Below the pieces are notes generated by a model that saw nothing but the letters and a program-made list of their open reading frames with translations, was not told where the DNA came from and did not search any database. From an uncultured Actinomycetes bacterium (GTDB lineage Bacteria; Actinomycetota; UBA4738; HRBIN12): a stretch of DNA of 64,000 bases. The position numbers were made by a program, and so were the translations under genes. Below, one piece after another: positions 9,284 through 22,226 of this stretch; position 1 is the first letter of the stretch, and each line of letters begins with the position of its first letter. Location of the stretch: positions 15,674-79,673 of the forward strand of contig CAVZKB010000010.1 of the NCBI GenBank assembly GCA_963775755.1, in the 5' to 3' direction.

Positions 9284-9937
9284 TCAGCCGGTGGGGGGCG
9301 CCGGCGGTGCCGGCGGCGTCTCCGAGACCTCCGAGGCGGCCGGCGCCGGCGGCACCACGGTCCCGCCGGCCGGTGTCGAGAAGTCAACCTGCGGCGGGCC
9401 TGCCTCCCGGATCGCGTCCGGGATCTCGAAGAACTCGGCAGGTTCGAAGTGGAACATCCCAGCGATCACGGACGAGGGGAACTGTCCGACGCGCGTGTTG
9501 AACTCACGGACGTTCGCGTTGTAGAAGCGGCGGGCGGTCTGCAGGCGATCCTCCGTGTTGGAAAGCTCGGTCTGCAGCGCCAGGAAGTTCTGGTTCGCCT
9601 TCAGATCCGGGTACGCCTCGGCGACCGCGAACAACTTGCCGAGGGCGGCCATGAACGGACCTTCGGCTGCGGCCTGCGCGGCGGGCGTCCCGGTGGCGCC
9701 GGCAGCCATCGACCGCGTACGCGCCACTTCCTCGAAGACTTCACGCTCGTGCGACGCGTAGCCCTTCACGGTTTCGACCAGGTTGGGGATGAGGTCGTAC
9801 CGTCGACGGAGCTCCGTGTCGATGTTCGCCCACGCGTCCTTGATCAGCTGACGCTGCGAGACGAACCGGTTGTAGGAGATGACGCCGGCGATCGCGATGA
9901 GCACGATCACGCCGAGGACGATCCAGACGAAGATCAC
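9284..9937 (-). CDS. lemA: LemA family protein
   Basis: 217-aa ORF, N-terminal TM then YNRFVSQRQLIKDAWANIDTELRRRYDLIPNLVE = LemA signature; Pro/Ala-rich tail. Confidence 0.85.
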   Translation of the reverse strand: MIFVWIVLGVIVLIAIAGVISYNRFVSQRQLIKDAWANIDTELRRRYDLIPNLVETVKGYASHEREVFEEVARTRSMAAGATGTPAAQAAAEGPFMAALGKLFAVAEAYPDLKANQNFLALQTELSNTEDRLQTARRFYNANVREFNTRVGQFPSSVIAGMFHFEPAEFFEIPDAIREAGPPQVDFSTPAGGTVVPPAPAASEVSETPPAPPAPPTG

Positions 9938-10008
9938 GGTTGCGTTCCTTTCGAAGAGGTCGAGTCAGCTTAGCCGCGAGGACGCCCGGAGGGCAGCACC
10001 CGGGTGAG

Positions 10009-10803
10009 TCAACTCGGTGGCGGCGGCATCGGCTCGCCACCGGTCGGCGGCGGCGTGTAATGACCCGCCATCCACCTAGCTTCGTTCGCCGCTTCGACCC
10101 CTGCCTGAGCATCCGGAGGGGTCGGCGTGGGGCGCGCGTAGAGCGAGTACACGACGCGCGGAACGTGATCCAGGAACGCCTTCGAGAGGCCGACCAGCGT
10201 GACGATCTCCATCGGCGCGAGCTTGCGCCGGTACGAGAGCAGCCGGTCGCCCATGATCTCGAACGCCGTGCCCTTCCCGTTCTGCACCAGCCATTGCATC
10301 ATCCGGGCGTCGACGAAGTCATTCGCGAACTTCTTGTCCGGTGACTTGACGTTGAACATCCGATTGAAGTCCTCGGATTCGAACTGGATGTCGTGGAAGC
10401 TCAGCGCGTCGGCCAGACGCGTGAGCACGTTCTCGTTGTCGATCGTCAGCGGTGAGCACGCGGCGTCGATCGGCACCACCACGCAGTCGAACCGATAGTA
10501 CGTCTTGCTCGTGTTGCCCTTGGAGTCCGTCGACTCCTCGTAGTACCAGTAGTCGAACGCCTTCGTGTCGATCGACTGGTACGAACCGGCGATCATGTTC
10601 TCGATGCCGCGACCGTCGCCCCTTCGGAACAGCGCGAACGGTTCCGACAGCAGGCCGAAGGGATCGACTGGCCAGTACTCCATCCCCAGCTGCGTTGCCA
10701 CGAGCGCGAAGCCCTCGCGACGCTTCTTCTTCGCCAGGTACGAGAGGACGGCGACGGCGATCGCGATGGCGACGAACCCGACGAAGATGAGCACGACACC
10801 CAT
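10009..10803 (-). CDS. DUF3137-like membrane-anchored protein (LemA-associated)
   Basis: 264-aa ORF with N-terminal TM and conserved core (YWYYEESTDSKGN...YRFDCVVVP...FESEDFNRMFNV); commonly encoded next to lemA. Confidence 0.55.
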   Translation of the reverse strand: MGVVLIFVGFVAIAIAVAVLSYLAKKKRREGFALVATQLGMEYWPVDPFGLLSEPFALFRRGDGRGIENMIAGSYQSIDTKAFDYWYYEESTDSKGNTSKTYYRFDCVVVPIDAACSPLTIDNENVLTRLADALSFHDIQFESEDFNRMFNVKSPDKKFANDFVDARMMQWLVQNGKGTAFEIMGDRLLSYRRKLAPMEIVTLVGLSKAFLDHVPRVVYSLYARPTPTPPDAQAGVEAANEARWMAGHYTPPPTGGEPMPPPPS

Positions 10804-10843
10804 ACCGAGAAGTATCGGACGCTTCGGGCCCGGATGGAGGCTT

Positions 10844-13432
10844 CTAACTCACGAGGTTGAACGTCAGCCCGACGTCACCCGTGTCGATCTCGACCGCGGC
10901 GCCGTCGTGGATCTCGCCTGCGAGCAGCTTCATGGCGAGCGGATCTTGGATCTCGCGCTGGATCAGCCGCTTCAACGGCCGCGCGCCGAACGCCGGATCG
11001 TACCCCTTGTTCGACAGGTAGTCGCGGGCCGCGTCGGTCAGCGTGACCGTGAGCTTGCGCTCCTCGAGCCGCCGCTGCAGCCCGTGCAGCTGGATATCCA
11101 CGATCTGCCGGATCTCGTCGCGGCCGAGCGGCTCGAACACCACGATCTCGTCGATCCTGTTCACGAACTCCGGCCGGAACGTCAGGCGCACGTCCTCGAG
11201 CACCGCCGCCTTCTGCTTGTCACGACCGATGGACGCGTCACCGAACACCGCCGACCCCAGGTTGGACGTCATGATGATGATCGTGTTCCGGAAGTCGACC
11301 GTTCGGCCCTGGCCGTCCGTGAGACGGCCGTCGTCGAGCAGCTGCAGCAACACGTTGAACACGTCGGTGTGCGCCTTCTCCAGCTCGTCGAGCAGGACCA
11401 CGCTGTAGGGCCTGCGCCGCACCGACTCCGTGAGTTGCCCACCCTCCTCGTAGCCGACATAGCCCGGAGGCGCGCCGACCAGGCGCGAAACGGTGTGCCG
11501 CTCCTGGTACTCGCTCATGTCCACGCGGACGATCGCTCGCTCGTCGTCGAACAGGTAATCGGCGAGCGCTCTCGCGAGCTCGGTCTTGCCGACGCCGGTC
11601 GGCCCGAGGAACAGGAACGAGCCGATCGGCCGGTTGGGGTCGGACAGCCCGGCCCGGGACCGGCGGATGGCGTTCGCGACGGCCTCGACGGCCTCGACCT
11701 GGTCGACGACGCGAGCGTGCAGCGCTTCCTCCAGATGGACGAGCTTCTGCATCTCGCCCTCCATCAAGCGTGCCACCGGGATGCCGGTCCACTTGCTGAC
11801 CACCTCGGCGACGTCTTCCTCCGTCACCTCTTCCTTCAACATCGCGACGTCGGATTGAAGCTCCGCGAGCGCGGCATTCTCCTTCTCCAGCTCCTTGTCG
11901 AGCTCCACGAGCCTCCCGTACCGGAGCTCGGCGGCCCGTTCCAGGTCGCCGTCGCGCTCGGCTCGCTCGCACTCGCTCCGCGCCTCTTCGATGTCTGCCT
12001 TGAGCTCGCGGATGCGGGCGATGCGTTCCTTCTCCTGCTGCCAGTGCGCGATCATGCCGGCGCTCTGGTCCCGCAGGTCGGCGAGCTCCCGCTCGAGCCG
12101 CTCGAGCCGCTCCTTGGACGCGGCGTCGGTCTCCTTCTTCAGCGCCGCTCGTTCGATCTCGAGCTGCTTGATCCGCCGCTCGACCTCGTCGATCTCCACC
12201 GGCATCGAATCGATCTCGATCCGAAGACGCGACGCGCTCTCGTCGATCAGATCGATCGCCTTGTCGGGCAGGAATCGGCCGGTGACGTATCGGTCGGAGA
12301 GCACGGCCGCCGCGACGAGGGCGGGGTCCTGGATGCGCACCCCGTGGTGAACCTCATACCGCTCCTTGAGGCCGCGGAGGATGCCGATCGTGTCCTCGAC
12401 GCTCGGCTCCTCGATGAGCACGGGCTGGAACCGCCGCTCGAGCGCGGGATCCTTCTCGATGTGCTGCCGGTATTCGTCGAGCGTGGTGGCACCGATCGCG
12501 CGCAGCTCCCCCCGGGCCAGCATCGGCTTCAACATGTTGCCGGCGTCCATGGCGCCTTCGGCGGCGCCCGCGCCGACGATCGTGTGGAGCTCGTCGATGA
12601 ATGTGATGATCTCGCCCTCGGAATCGGCGATCTCTTTCAGGACCGCCTTCAACCGGTCCTCGAACTCGCCGCGGTACTTCGATCCGGCGATCATCGACCC
12701 GAGGTCGAGGGCGACCACCATCTTGTTCTTGAGCGACTCGGGGACGTCCCCGTCGACGATGCGCTGCGCAAGACCTTCGACGATCGCCGTCTTCCCGACC
12801 CCCGGCTCCCCGATCAGGACAGGGTTGTTCTTCGTGCGTCGCGAGAGCACCTGGATCGTCCGGCGGATCTCCTCATCCCGGCCGATGACCGGATCGAGCT
12901 TGCCCCGCCGCGCCTGCTCGGTCAGATCCCGCCCGTAGCGCTCGAGGGCCTGGTACTTCTCCTCCGGGTTCTGGTCGGTGACACGTTGGCGCCCGCGCAC
13001 GTCGGCGAGTGCCGACAAGACGCCGTCGCGCGTGAGCCCGGCCCCTTTCAAGATCTGCGCGGCGCCCGAGTCCACCTCGAGCAGCCCCAACAACAGGTGC
13101 TCCGTCGAGATGTACTCGTCGGTGAGCGTTTCCGCTTCCTGACCCGCCTTGTCGAGCACCCTGCTGGTGGTGGGAGAGATCCGAACGTCGGCGGCCTGAC
13201 CCTGGGCGTACACCTTTGGGATCCGGTCGAGCGCTTGGTCAACCTGGTCCCGGACCGTCTTCGGCGTCACACCGATGTTGTGCAAGAGCGGGTAGACCAC
13301 TCCCTCGGCGTCGGAGAGCAACGCGAACAGCACGTGCTCCGGCTCGATCGTCTGGTGGTTGCGCGCGACGGCCTGTTGGTGAGCGCCTTCCAGCGCCGCC
13401 TGCGATTTCATCGTCAGCTTGTTGAGGTCCAT
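10844..13432 (-). CDS. clpB: ATP-dependent chaperone ClpB
   Basis: 862-aa ORF; two AAA+ modules ([16 protein letters not shown]), coiled-coil middle domain. Confidence 0.95.
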   Translation of the reverse strand: MDLNKLTMKSQAALEGAHQQAVARNHQTIEPEHVLFALLSDAEGVVYPLLHNIGVTPKTVRDQVDQALDRIPKVYAQGQAADVRISPTTSRVLDKAGQEAETLTDEYISTEHLLLGLLEVDSGAAQILKGAGLTRDGVLSALADVRGRQRVTDQNPEEKYQALERYGRDLTEQARRGKLDPVIGRDEEIRRTIQVLSRRTKNNPVLIGEPGVGKTAIVEGLAQRIVDGDVPESLKNKMVVALDLGSMIAGSKYRGEFEDRLKAVLKEIADSEGEIITFIDELHTIVGAGAAEGAMDAGNMLKPMLARGELRAIGATTLDEYRQHIEKDPALERRFQPVLIEEPSVEDTIGILRGLKERYEVHHGVRIQDPALVAAAVLSDRYVTGRFLPDKAIDLIDESASRLRIEIDSMPVEIDEVERRIKQLEIERAALKKETDAASKERLERLERELADLRDQSAGMIAHWQQEKERIARIRELKADIEEARSECERAERDGDLERAAELRYGRLVELDKELEKENAALAELQSDVAMLKEEVTEEDVAEVVSKWTGIPVARLMEGEMQKLVHLEEALHARVVDQVEAVEAVANAIRRSRAGLSDPNRPIGSFLFLGPTGVGKTELARALADYLFDDERAIVRVDMSEYQERHTVSRLVGAPPGYVGYEEGGQLTESVRRRPYSVVLLDELEKAHTDVFNVLLQLLDDGRLTDGQGRTVDFRNTIIIMTSNLGSAVFGDASIGRDKQKAAVLEDVRLTFRPEFVNRIDEIVVFEPLGRDEIRQIVDIQLHGLQRRLEERKLTVTLTDAARDYLSNKGYDPAFGARPLKRLIQREIQDPLAMKLLAGEIHDGAAVEIDTGDVGLTFNLVS

Positions 13433-13983
13433 GCCTTCCTCGCTTCATCGAAGTCATCGGTGGTGATCGCGTACATCGCGTAGTCGCGCGGGCCGTCGGC
13501 CGAGGGCATGAAGCTCCGCATCACGCCTTCGAACCGAAACCCCAGGCGGTCGGCCAGACCTCGCATCGCGGCGTTGTCCAGATCCGTCGTGATCTGCACG
13601 CGGTGGGCTCCCTCGAGCTCGAACAGCCGTGGCAGGAGCTGCATCAACGCCGCGCGACCGTGACCGTGCCGGCGGTCGGCCTCGTCGAACAGGTCGATCC
13701 CCAGTTCGAAGACGCCGGGCGGCAGGCTCATACGTGGCTGGCGAGCCTGCACCTCGCCGGCCAGGCGTCCGTCCACCTGGATCCCCAAGAGCAATTCGGT
13801 CCCGTCGAACTCGCCGGAGCGATCGATCCGCTCGGCGAGCTCGGCGCGCTCCCCTGGTCCGAACGCATGTGGGTAACCCATCGCGGCGGCCTCGTCCTTG
13901 CGGGCGCGAGCCAACACGTCGACATCCCCGGCGCGGAGGCGGACCAGGCGCACGTCGGTCAACGCGAACCCCCCTCGTGCCAC
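13414..13983 (-). CDS. GNAT family N-acetyltransferase
   Basis: 189-aa ORF; acetyl-CoA-binding pattern ([10 protein letters not shown]...) ; sits between hspR and clpB, overlapping both. Confidence 0.65.
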   Translation of the reverse strand: MARGGFALTDVRLVRLRAGDVDVLARARKDEAAAMGYPHAFGPGERAELAERIDRSGEFDGTELLLGIQVDGRLAGEVQARQPRMSLPPGVFELGIDLFDEADRRHGHGRAALMQLLPRLFELEGAHRVQITTDLDNAAMRGLADRLGFRFEGVMRSFMPSADGPRDYAMYAITTDDFDEARKAWTSTS

Positions 13984-14375
13984 GGCATCCGGATGACGGT
14001 CCGGACCGGCACCATCTCGGATCCGGCCCGCTTGCCGGGCATCGCGATCGCTCGCCGGTGCGTGAGCTGCTCCTCGAGCTCCGCGACCCGCCGTCGCAAT
14101 TCGTCCATCTGCGCCCGCAGCTCCATGATCCGCTTCACGCCCGCCAGGTTGATGCCCTCCTCCTGCGTCAGCGCCTGGATCGATCGCAGCAGTTCGACGT
14201 CGGCGTCGGAGTAGCGGCGCGTGTTGCCCTGCGTCCGCTTCGGCCGGAGCAGTCCCTTCCGTTCGTAGATCCGAAGCGTCTGCGGATGCACGCCCGCCAA
14301 CTCCGCGGCCACGCTGATGATGTAGACGGCGCGCTCGCCGTCGTCCTCTTCGCGTCGCGCTCGCTCCGTCATCAC
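13959..14375 (-). CDS. hspR: MerR-family heat-shock repressor HspR
   Basis: 138-aa MerR HTH (YIISVAAELAGVHPQTLRIYERKGLL) at 3' end of dnaK-grpE-dnaJ, the canonical actinobacterial position. Confidence 0.85.
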   Translation of the reverse strand: MMTERARREEDDGERAVYIISVAAELAGVHPQTLRIYERKGLLRPKRTQGNTRRYSDADVELLRSIQALTQEEGINLAGVKRIMELRAQMDELRRRVAELEEQLTHRRAIAMPGKRAGSEMVPVRTVIRMPWHEGGSR

Positions 14376-15517
14376 GCCACCCCCAATCGCTTCCGTGGGG
14401 AATCCTTCCGGGCTTCCTGCAGCTGCTTGAGCAACTGCTTCTCTTCCCTGGAGAGCTTGTCCGGCACGTCCACGTTCACGGTGACCATCAGGTCGCCATG
14501 ACCACCCTTCTTGGGGGCCCCTTTGCCACGCACGCGGAACGTCTTGCCGTTGGGCGTGCCGGCGGGCACCTTCAACGTCACCGGCCCGTTCAGCGTGGGA
14601 ACCTCGACGTTGGCGCCCAGCGCCGCCTCCGGGTAGGAGACGGGGAGGTCGACGGTCAGGTTGTCACCTCTGCGACCGAAGACGGGATGGCGCTCGACAC
14701 GCACCTTGACGTAGAGGTCACCGGCGTGCCCGCCCGCGGGTCCGGGCTCACCTCGACCGGCCAGCTTGATCCGGGCGCCGTCCTTCACGCCGGCCGGGAT
14801 CTTCACCTGGAACTTCCGGGTGCGCCGCTCCGCCCCCGTCCCGTGGCACGTCGGACAGGGGTGCTCGATGATGCGGCCGCTCCCGCGGCACTCCGGGCAC
14901 GGCCGCTCCATCGAGAAGAAGCCCTGATCCACGCTGACCGAACCGGCCCCACCGCACGTGGGACACGTCATCGGACTGGTGCCCGGTTCCGCGCCACTCC
15001 CGTGACACGTGTGGCAGACCGCCGGACCCGAGATCCGGACGGGCACGGTCGTCCCGGCCATCGCCTCGTCGAACGCGACCTCTACCTCGGTTTCGAGATC
15101 GGCCCCTCGTTGCGGTCGCTGTTGACGCTGCCGCCCGCGACCGCCGACGCCACCGAACCCACGCAGCAGATCGCCGATGTCGAAGTCGGCGGTTTCGTAG
15201 TGGACCGCGCCCGGACCCCCCGGCCAACCGGCCGGACCCGTTCCCGCAGGACCGCCCTGACCGTACCCAGACGCCGCCATCTCCCGTACCTGGTCGTAGC
15301 TCGGGCGCTTCTCCTCGTCGCCCACCACGTCGTAAGCGCTCGAGATCTCCTTGAAGCGTTCCTCGGCGTCCTTGTTCCCGGGGTTCGCGTCCGGGTGGAA
15401 CTGCTGTGCCAGCTTCCGATACGCTTTCTTGATCTCCGCGGCGGTCGCGTTCTTGGGCACGCCGAGGACCTGGTAGTAGTCCTTGTCGAACCACTCCCTT
15501 CGGACCTCGTCAGCCAT
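14372..15517 (-). CDS. dnaJ: molecular chaperone DnaJ
   Basis: J-domain (DYYQVLGV...HPD), G/F region, four CxxCxGxG zinc repeats. Confidence 0.93.
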   Translation of the reverse strand: MADEVRREWFDKDYYQVLGVPKNATAAEIKKAYRKLAQQFHPDANPGNKDAEERFKEISSAYDVVGDEEKRPSYDQVREMAASGYGQGGPAGTGPAGWPGGPGAVHYETADFDIGDLLRGFGGVGGRGRQRQQRPQRGADLETEVEVAFDEAMAGTTVPVRISGPAVCHTCHGSGAEPGTSPMTCPTCGGAGSVSVDQGFFSMERPCPECRGSGRIIEHPCPTCHGTGAERRTRKFQVKIPAGVKDGARIKLAGRGEPGPAGGHAGDLYVKVRVERHPVFGRRGDNLTVDLPVSYPEAALGANVEVPTLNGPVTLKVPAGTPNGKTFRVRGKGAPKKGGHGDLMVTVNVDVPDKLSREEKQLLKQLQEARKDSPRKRLGVA

Positions 15518-15525
15518 CGGCTACC

Positions 15526-16110
15526 TCACTCCCTGCTCACGCGCACGCCTGCCGGACGGATCACCCGTCCACGCAACCTGTATCCCGGCCGCAGCACGTC
15601 CGCCACGATCAACCGGTCTCCTTCTCCCGTCTGCATCAGCGCTTCGTGTTGCTCGGGATCGAAGGGCTCGCCCTGCGCGTCGATGCGCTGTAGCCCCTCT
15701 GCCTTGAGCGTGTCGGCGAGCTTGGCGTAGACGAGCTCGACGCCGTGCAGGAACCGGTCGAAGTCAGGCTTGTCGTTCGCCGAGATCAACGCGAGCTCGA
15801 AGTCGTCGAGCACCTCGAGCAGCCGTTGCACCACGGGGGCGGCCGCTCGCTCCACCGCATCGGTCTGCTCCTTCAACACGCGCTTGCGGTAGTTGTCGAA
15901 CTCGGCCTGCAACCGCTGCAGATGATCCAGGTACTCCGCCGCCTCCTTGCGGGCGGCGTCGACGTCCTCCGCACGTTCATCGGGTGTCCCCGGAGCGGGA
16001 GCGGTCCCGGCCTCTTCAGCAAGGACGGGAGCCGGATCGTCATCGCGGATCCGCCGCTTGTCCGTGATCTTGATCGGCGGACGCTCGGGTCCATCGAACT
16101 CCGGGGCCAC
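15526..16110 (-). CDS. grpE: nucleotide exchange factor GrpE
   Basis: 194-aa ORF; GrpE coiled-coil and C-terminal beta domain (DKRRIRDD...NYRKR...PGYRL..RVIRPA). Confidence 0.9.
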   Translation of the reverse strand: MAPEFDGPERPPIKITDKRRIRDDDPAPVLAEEAGTAPAPGTPDERAEDVDAARKEAAEYLDHLQRLQAEFDNYRKRVLKEQTDAVERAAAPVVQRLLEVLDDFELALISANDKPDFDRFLHGVELVYAKLADTLKAEGLQRIDAQGEPFDPEQHEALMQTGEGDRLIVADVLRPGYRLRGRVIRPAGVRVSRE

Positions 16111-17997
<1,887 letters not shown>

Positions 17998-18125
17998 CTC
18001 GTTTCCTCCTTCTGACGACCCGAAGGTCCGATATCTGAGTGCTATCGCAGGATAGAACCTGCATACACTATTAGCAACTTCGAGATCACTGCGGGCATTC
18101 CCGGCCTCGGAGTAGACTCCGGCCG

Positions 18126-20132
18126 ATGGTCGCTCGAGCCGTCGTCCTGGTCCTCGCGCTCTCGCTCGCGGCCGGCCTCTTCGCCCGGAGGGCCGGACTC
18201 TTGGCGCGCCTGGTTCGCTTGGGGAGACCCGTCGATCGCAGCGGCGACGTGGGCCGGCGGCTCGCGCGCGAGACCGGCCAGGTGCTCGGGCAGCGGAAGT
18301 TGTTCCAGCGAGCCCTCCCCGGCCTCATGCACGCAAGCATCTTCTGGGGATTCCTGATCCTGCTCACGACCATCGTCGAGTCGTTCGGCCAGGCCATCCG
18401 GCCGGCGTTCGCCCTTCCGTGGATCGGCCATGCCGGCTGGCTGGGCCTCCTGCAGGAAGTGTTCGCGGGGCTCGTGCTGGTCGGCGTGGCGATCGCCCTC
18501 TGGATACGGCTCGTGCAGCGGCCCGAGCGGTTCGTCGGTTCCCATCAGCTCGACGCCTTCCGGATCCTGGGCCTGATCACCTGGATCATCCTCACGCTCT
18601 TCCTGCTGCGGGGGGCGCGGATCGCGCTCGGCATCGGCTCGTTCCCGGCGGAGTGGACCCCGATCTCACGAGGGTTCTCCTGGCTCTTCGAGTGGATGGG
18701 CGACGGGTGGCAGCGCTTCTTCGATCGGACCGTCCTGTGGGCGCACCTGCTCTTGGTCCTGGGGTTCCTGGTGTACCTGCCGTACTCGAAACACCTGCAC
18801 ATCATCACGGCCGCGTTCAACGTGTGGTTCGCGAGCACCAGGCCCCCAGGAGCGTTGGAGCCGTTGCGGATCGACATGGAGAACCTCGAGGCCGGCGGGC
18901 AGTCGATCGGCGCCGAGAAGCTGACCGACCTCACGCAGAAGGAACTGCTCGACCTCTACGCTTGCACCGAGTGCGGCCGCTGCCAGAGCGTCTGCCCTGC
19001 ATGGAACACGGGCAAGCCGCTGTCACCGAAGCTGCTGATCATGGACCTCCGCGATCACCTGCTCGAGGAGGGACCGGACGTCTTGCGGCGGATGGCCGCG
19101 GGCGAGACACCCGACCAGGTCGCGTTGGTGCCCGGCATCGTCGACGACGACGTCGTGTGGTCCTGCACGACGTGCGGGGCCTGCGTCCAGGAATGCCCGG
19201 TCGACATCGAGCACGTCGACACGATCATCGACCTTCGCCGAGCATTGGTCATGGGCGAGTCGAGGTTCCCAGCGGAGGCGGGCGCGATGTTGCGCAACCT
19301 GGAGAGCAGGTCGAACCCGTGGGGCGTCGCCCAATCGCAGCGCACCGATTGGGCGGAGGGGTTGGACGTGGCGGTCGTGGACGGCGCCGCTCCCGAATAC
19401 CTCTACTGGGTCGGATGCGCCGGTTCGTTCGACGAACGCGCGCGCGACATCTCCCGGGCGGTGGCCCAGCTGTTGCGGCGGGCCGGGGTGTCCTTCGCGA
19501 TCCTGGGGCCGCGCGAGCTCTGCACCGGTGATCCCGCTCGCCGGATGGGCAACGAGTTCTTGTTCCAGACGCTCGCGGAGCAGAACATCGAGACGATGAA
19601 CACGGCCGGGGTCAGCAAGGTCATCGCGAACTGCCCGCACTGCTTCAACACGCTCCGCAACGAGTACCCCCAGTACGGAGGGAACTACGAGGTCATCCAC
19701 CACTCGGAGCTCCTCGGGCGGCTGGTGGCCGACGGACGGCTCAACCCGACTGAACAGGTCGACACCCTCCTCGCGTACCACGACCCGTGCTATCTGGGGC
19801 GCCACAACCAGGTCTACGACGAGCCGCGAGACGTCCTGGCGAGCGTGCCGGGCGTGCGGACCGTGGAGATGCCCCGCCACAAGGAACGCGGGATGTGCTG
19901 TGGGGCAGGGGGTGCGCGCATGTGGATGGAAGAAGGCATCGGCAAGCGCATCAACGGCGAACGGATGGACGAGGCGGCGGCGACCGGAGCCGACATCGTC
20001 GGTGTCGCCTGTCCGTACTGCCTCATCATGCTCGACGACGGGGCGAAGGGCCGGGGTGACACGACCGAGGTCCTCGATATCGCCCAAGTGCTCCGGCGGT
20101 CGCTCCCGGACGAACCAGCCACCCCCCGATAA
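18126..20132 (+). CDS. membrane-bound (Fe-S)-binding oxidoreductase: N-terminal NarI/HdrE-like polytopic domain fused to HdrD/GlpC-like domain (2x 4Fe-4S CxxCxxCxxxCP + 2x CCG)
   Basis: 668-aa ORF; ~6 TM helices in first 260 aa; [12 protein letters not shown] and [12 protein letters not shown] ferredoxin motifs; CCG-type cysteine clusters (GCAGSF, MCCGAGG); divergent from dnaK. Confidence 0.75.
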   Translation: MVARAVVLVLALSLAAGLFARRAGLLARLVRLGRPVDRSGDVGRRLARETGQVLGQRKLFQRALPGLMHASIFWGFLILLTTIVESFGQAIRPAFALPWIGHAGWLGLLQEVFAGLVLVGVAIALWIRLVQRPERFVGSHQLDAFRILGLITWIILTLFLLRGARIALGIGSFPAEWTPISRGFSWLFEWMGDGWQRFFDRTVLWAHLLLVLGFLVYLPYSKHLHIITAAFNVWFASTRPPGALEPLRIDMENLEAGGQSIGAEKLTDLTQKELLDLYACTECGRCQSVCPAWNTGKPLSPKLLIMDLRDHLLEEGPDVLRRMAAGETPDQVALVPGIVDDDVVWSCTTCGACVQECPVDIEHVDTIIDLRRALVMGESRFPAEAGAMLRNLESRSNPWGVAQSQRTDWAEGLDVAVVDGAAPEYLYWVGCAGSFDERARDISRAVAQLLRRAGVSFAILGPRELCTGDPARRMGNEFLFQTLAEQNIETMNTAGVSKVIANCPHCFNTLRNEYPQYGGNYEVIHHSELLGRLVADGRLNPTEQVDTLLAYHDPCYLGRHNQVYDEPRDVLASVPGVRTVEMPRHKERGMCCGAGGARMWMEEGIGKRINGERMDEAAATGADIVGVACPYCLIMLDDGAKGRGDTTEVLDIAQVLRRSLPDEPATPR

Positions 20133-20242
20133 CCCCTGCAGATCGCGCTATTTCTCATCCCGCCAACGGGTCAAGGCATGGGTCCCGTCTACCGATGAAT
20201 GGACTAGAACCAACGGCCCCGACCGAAGGGATGTAGCGAGGC

Positions 20243-20929
20243 ATGAGCGCGTCAAGCGCCTCCGTGCGTTCAGCGCATGCGCCCGACGCCGTCGATCAGA
20301 CGGTGGAGGCTCGCGTGCTCGAGGAGCGTGCCCGATGGGCGATGCGCATCCACGACGGGTTGACCCAAACGGTAACCAGCGCCGTCCTGGAGCTGCAGAC
20401 GCTGCGGACCCGGATCCTGGCCGATCCGGCGGGCGCCGTCGCGTCGCTCTCGGCGGTCGAGGCGGCGATCCGTGCGGACCTTCGCGAGATCCGCCAGATG
20501 TTGTTCGAGCTCTACGAGGATCAGCGCCCGCCGGAGCCGCCGCTCGCGACGTTCATCGACGAGCTCCTCGCGCGGTGGGGACTCCCCGCTCGCGTGACGA
20601 TCGTCGGAGACGCGGATGCGATGCCCCCGGCCCTCCTCGAAACCGCGCACGCCGTGCTCGCGGAGTCACTGGCGAACGCGGCCAAGCATGCCGGAACGTC
20701 GGAAGTCGCCGTGCTCGTCGAAGCCGACGAGTCGCGGATGCGGATCGTGGTCGAAGACCGCGGCCGTGGGATCGGGGACGCCGTTGATGGCGACCCGCAC
20801 TTCGGGCTCAGCATGATGCGGGTCCGCGCCGAGGATATCGGAGGAACCCTGGAGATCGGATCGACGCCCGGGAGCGGGACCCGCGTGGTCGCGCTCCTTC
20901 CCGTCGGAGGGCGAGGAGAGGAACGATGA
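20243..20929 (+). CDS. sensor histidine kinase, soluble HisKA_3 type (no TM/sensor domain)
   Basis: 228-aa; H-box RIHDGLTQ, HATPase_c N/G boxes (ESLANAAKHAG, DRGRGI, GLSMM); ATGA overlap with downstream RR. Confidence 0.8.
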   Translation: MSASSASVRSAHAPDAVDQTVEARVLEERARWAMRIHDGLTQTVTSAVLELQTLRTRILADPAGAVASLSAVEAAIRADLREIRQMLFELYEDQRPPEPPLATFIDELLARWGLPARVTIVGDADAMPPALLETAHAVLAESLANAAKHAGTSEVAVLVEADESRMRIVVEDRGRGIGDAVDGDPHFGLSMMRVRAEDIGGTLEIGSTPGSGTRVVALLPVGGRGEER

Positions 20930-21609
20930 GGATCTTGATCGTAGACGACCACGCGCTGGTGCGCCGTGGCATGGCCTATGTCGTGAAAGACGGGTTCCCC
21001 GACGCGGATGTCGTGGAAGCCGAAGGCGCAACCGCCGCGCTCGACGTGATGAGAGAGAAAGCCGCCGACCTGGCGCTCGTCGACGTCCGGATGCCGGATC
21101 TGGACGGGCTGGAGCTGCTTCGGGCGATGAAGCTCGAATGGCCCAGCGTGCCCGTGATCATGCTGTCGACCTATGAGAACGCGCCGTACGTGAAGCGCGC
21201 CCTCTCCGACGGCGCCGCCGGATACCTGTTGAAGGACGCGACCCCGGAAGACCTGGGACAGGCGATCAACGTCGCCATCTCCGGAGGCGGAAACGTCCTG
21301 TCGCCTCGTGTTATCCAGAACCTGTTCGAGGACGTGGAGTCTTCGGGGCAGACCACCAACGGACATCAGAGGTCCCGTCGGACCGAGTACAACCTGACCC
21401 AGCGCGAGCACGACATCCTGGCGCTCCTTTCGGAGGGCCGGAGCAACCGTTCGATCGCGCAGAACCTATATCTGTCGGAGAAGACCGTGAAGGCGCACCT
21501 GGCCGCGATCTTCCGCAAGCTCGGTGTCACGAACCGCACGCAGGCCGCGATGATGGCCGTCCAGTTGGGCGTGGGGCCGGTGCCAGGAGCGGTGACGGGG
21601 ACGGACTAA
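20926..21609 (+). CDS. LuxR/NarL-family response regulator
   Basis: REC domain (ILIVDDH...D...) plus C-terminal LuxR HTH (LTQREHDILALLSEGRSNRSIAQNLYLSEKTVKAH). Confidence 0.88.
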   Translation: MRILIVDDHALVRRGMAYVVKDGFPDADVVEAEGATAALDVMREKAADLALVDVRMPDLDGLELLRAMKLEWPSVPVIMLSTYENAPYVKRALSDGAAGYLLKDATPEDLGQAINVAISGGGNVLSPRVIQNLFEDVESSGQTTNGHQRSRRTEYNLTQREHDILALLSEGRSNRSIAQNLYLSEKTVKAHLAAIFRKLGVTNRTQAAMMAVQLGVGPVPGAVTGTD

Positions 21610-21616
21610 GAGGCGT

Positions 21617-22195
21617 TCAGGGCTCGCGCTTGCCGGAGAACTCTTCGAAGAAGCGGCTCGCGGTGGGTCCGCGCTGTCCTTGGTACTTGCTCTTGGTCGA
21701 CTTCGAGCCGTAAGGAACGTCGGCAGGGGTCGTCAGCCGGAAGAACGAGATCTGGCCGATCTTCATCCCCGGATAGATCGTGATCGGCAGGTTCGCGACG
21801 TTCGACAGCTCGAGCGTGAGGTAGCCGTCCCAGCCGGGGTCGACGTACCCGGCGGTCGAGTGGATCAACAGGCCGAGCCGACCGAGCGAGGACTTCCCCT
21901 CTAGGCGCGCAACCAGATCGTCGGGCAACGCGACACGTTCGAGCGTGGAACCCAGCACGAACTCCCCCGGGTGCAGGATGAACGGCTCGCCCCCCTTGAC
22001 CTCGACCAGCTCGGTCAGATCGGGCTGCTCGTTCTTCACGTCGATGAACGGATATCGGTTGTTCTGGAACACCCGGAACTCCCGGTCGACGTGGAGGTCG
22101 ATCGAGGAAGGCTGGATGCACGCGTCGTCGAACGGATCGATCACGATGTGACCGGCGGCAAGCTCCTCGCGGATCGTGCGGTCGGACAGGATCAT
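21617..22195 (-). CDS. dcd: dCTP deaminase
   Basis: 192-aa; MILSDRTI...IDPF...QPSSIDLHV...[11 protein letters not shown] typical Dcd. Confidence 0.9.
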   Translation of the reverse strand: MILSDRTIREELAAGHIVIDPFDDACIQPSSIDLHVDREFRVFQNNRYPFIDVKNEQPDLTELVEVKGGEPFILHPGEFVLGSTLERVALPDDLVARLEGKSSLGRLGLLIHSTAGYVDPGWDGYLTLELSNVANLPITIYPGMKIGQISFFRLTTPADVPYGSKSTKSKYQGQRGPTASRFFEEFSGKREP

Positions 22196-22226
22196 CGGCC
22201 GGTGATGCTACCGGGTCCCATGGAGG

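Noticed and set aside
10565-13483. 972-aa ORF antisense to clpB
   Set aside because: Low-complexity Arg/Leu/Asp-rich product with no recognisable motifs; clpB on the other strand is unambiguous
18000-18125. HAIR (CTTGAGT-N7-ACTCAAG) or CIRCE operator upstream of dnaK
   Set aside because: Only partial half-site matches (TCTGAGT; GAGTGCTAt without partner half); not convincing
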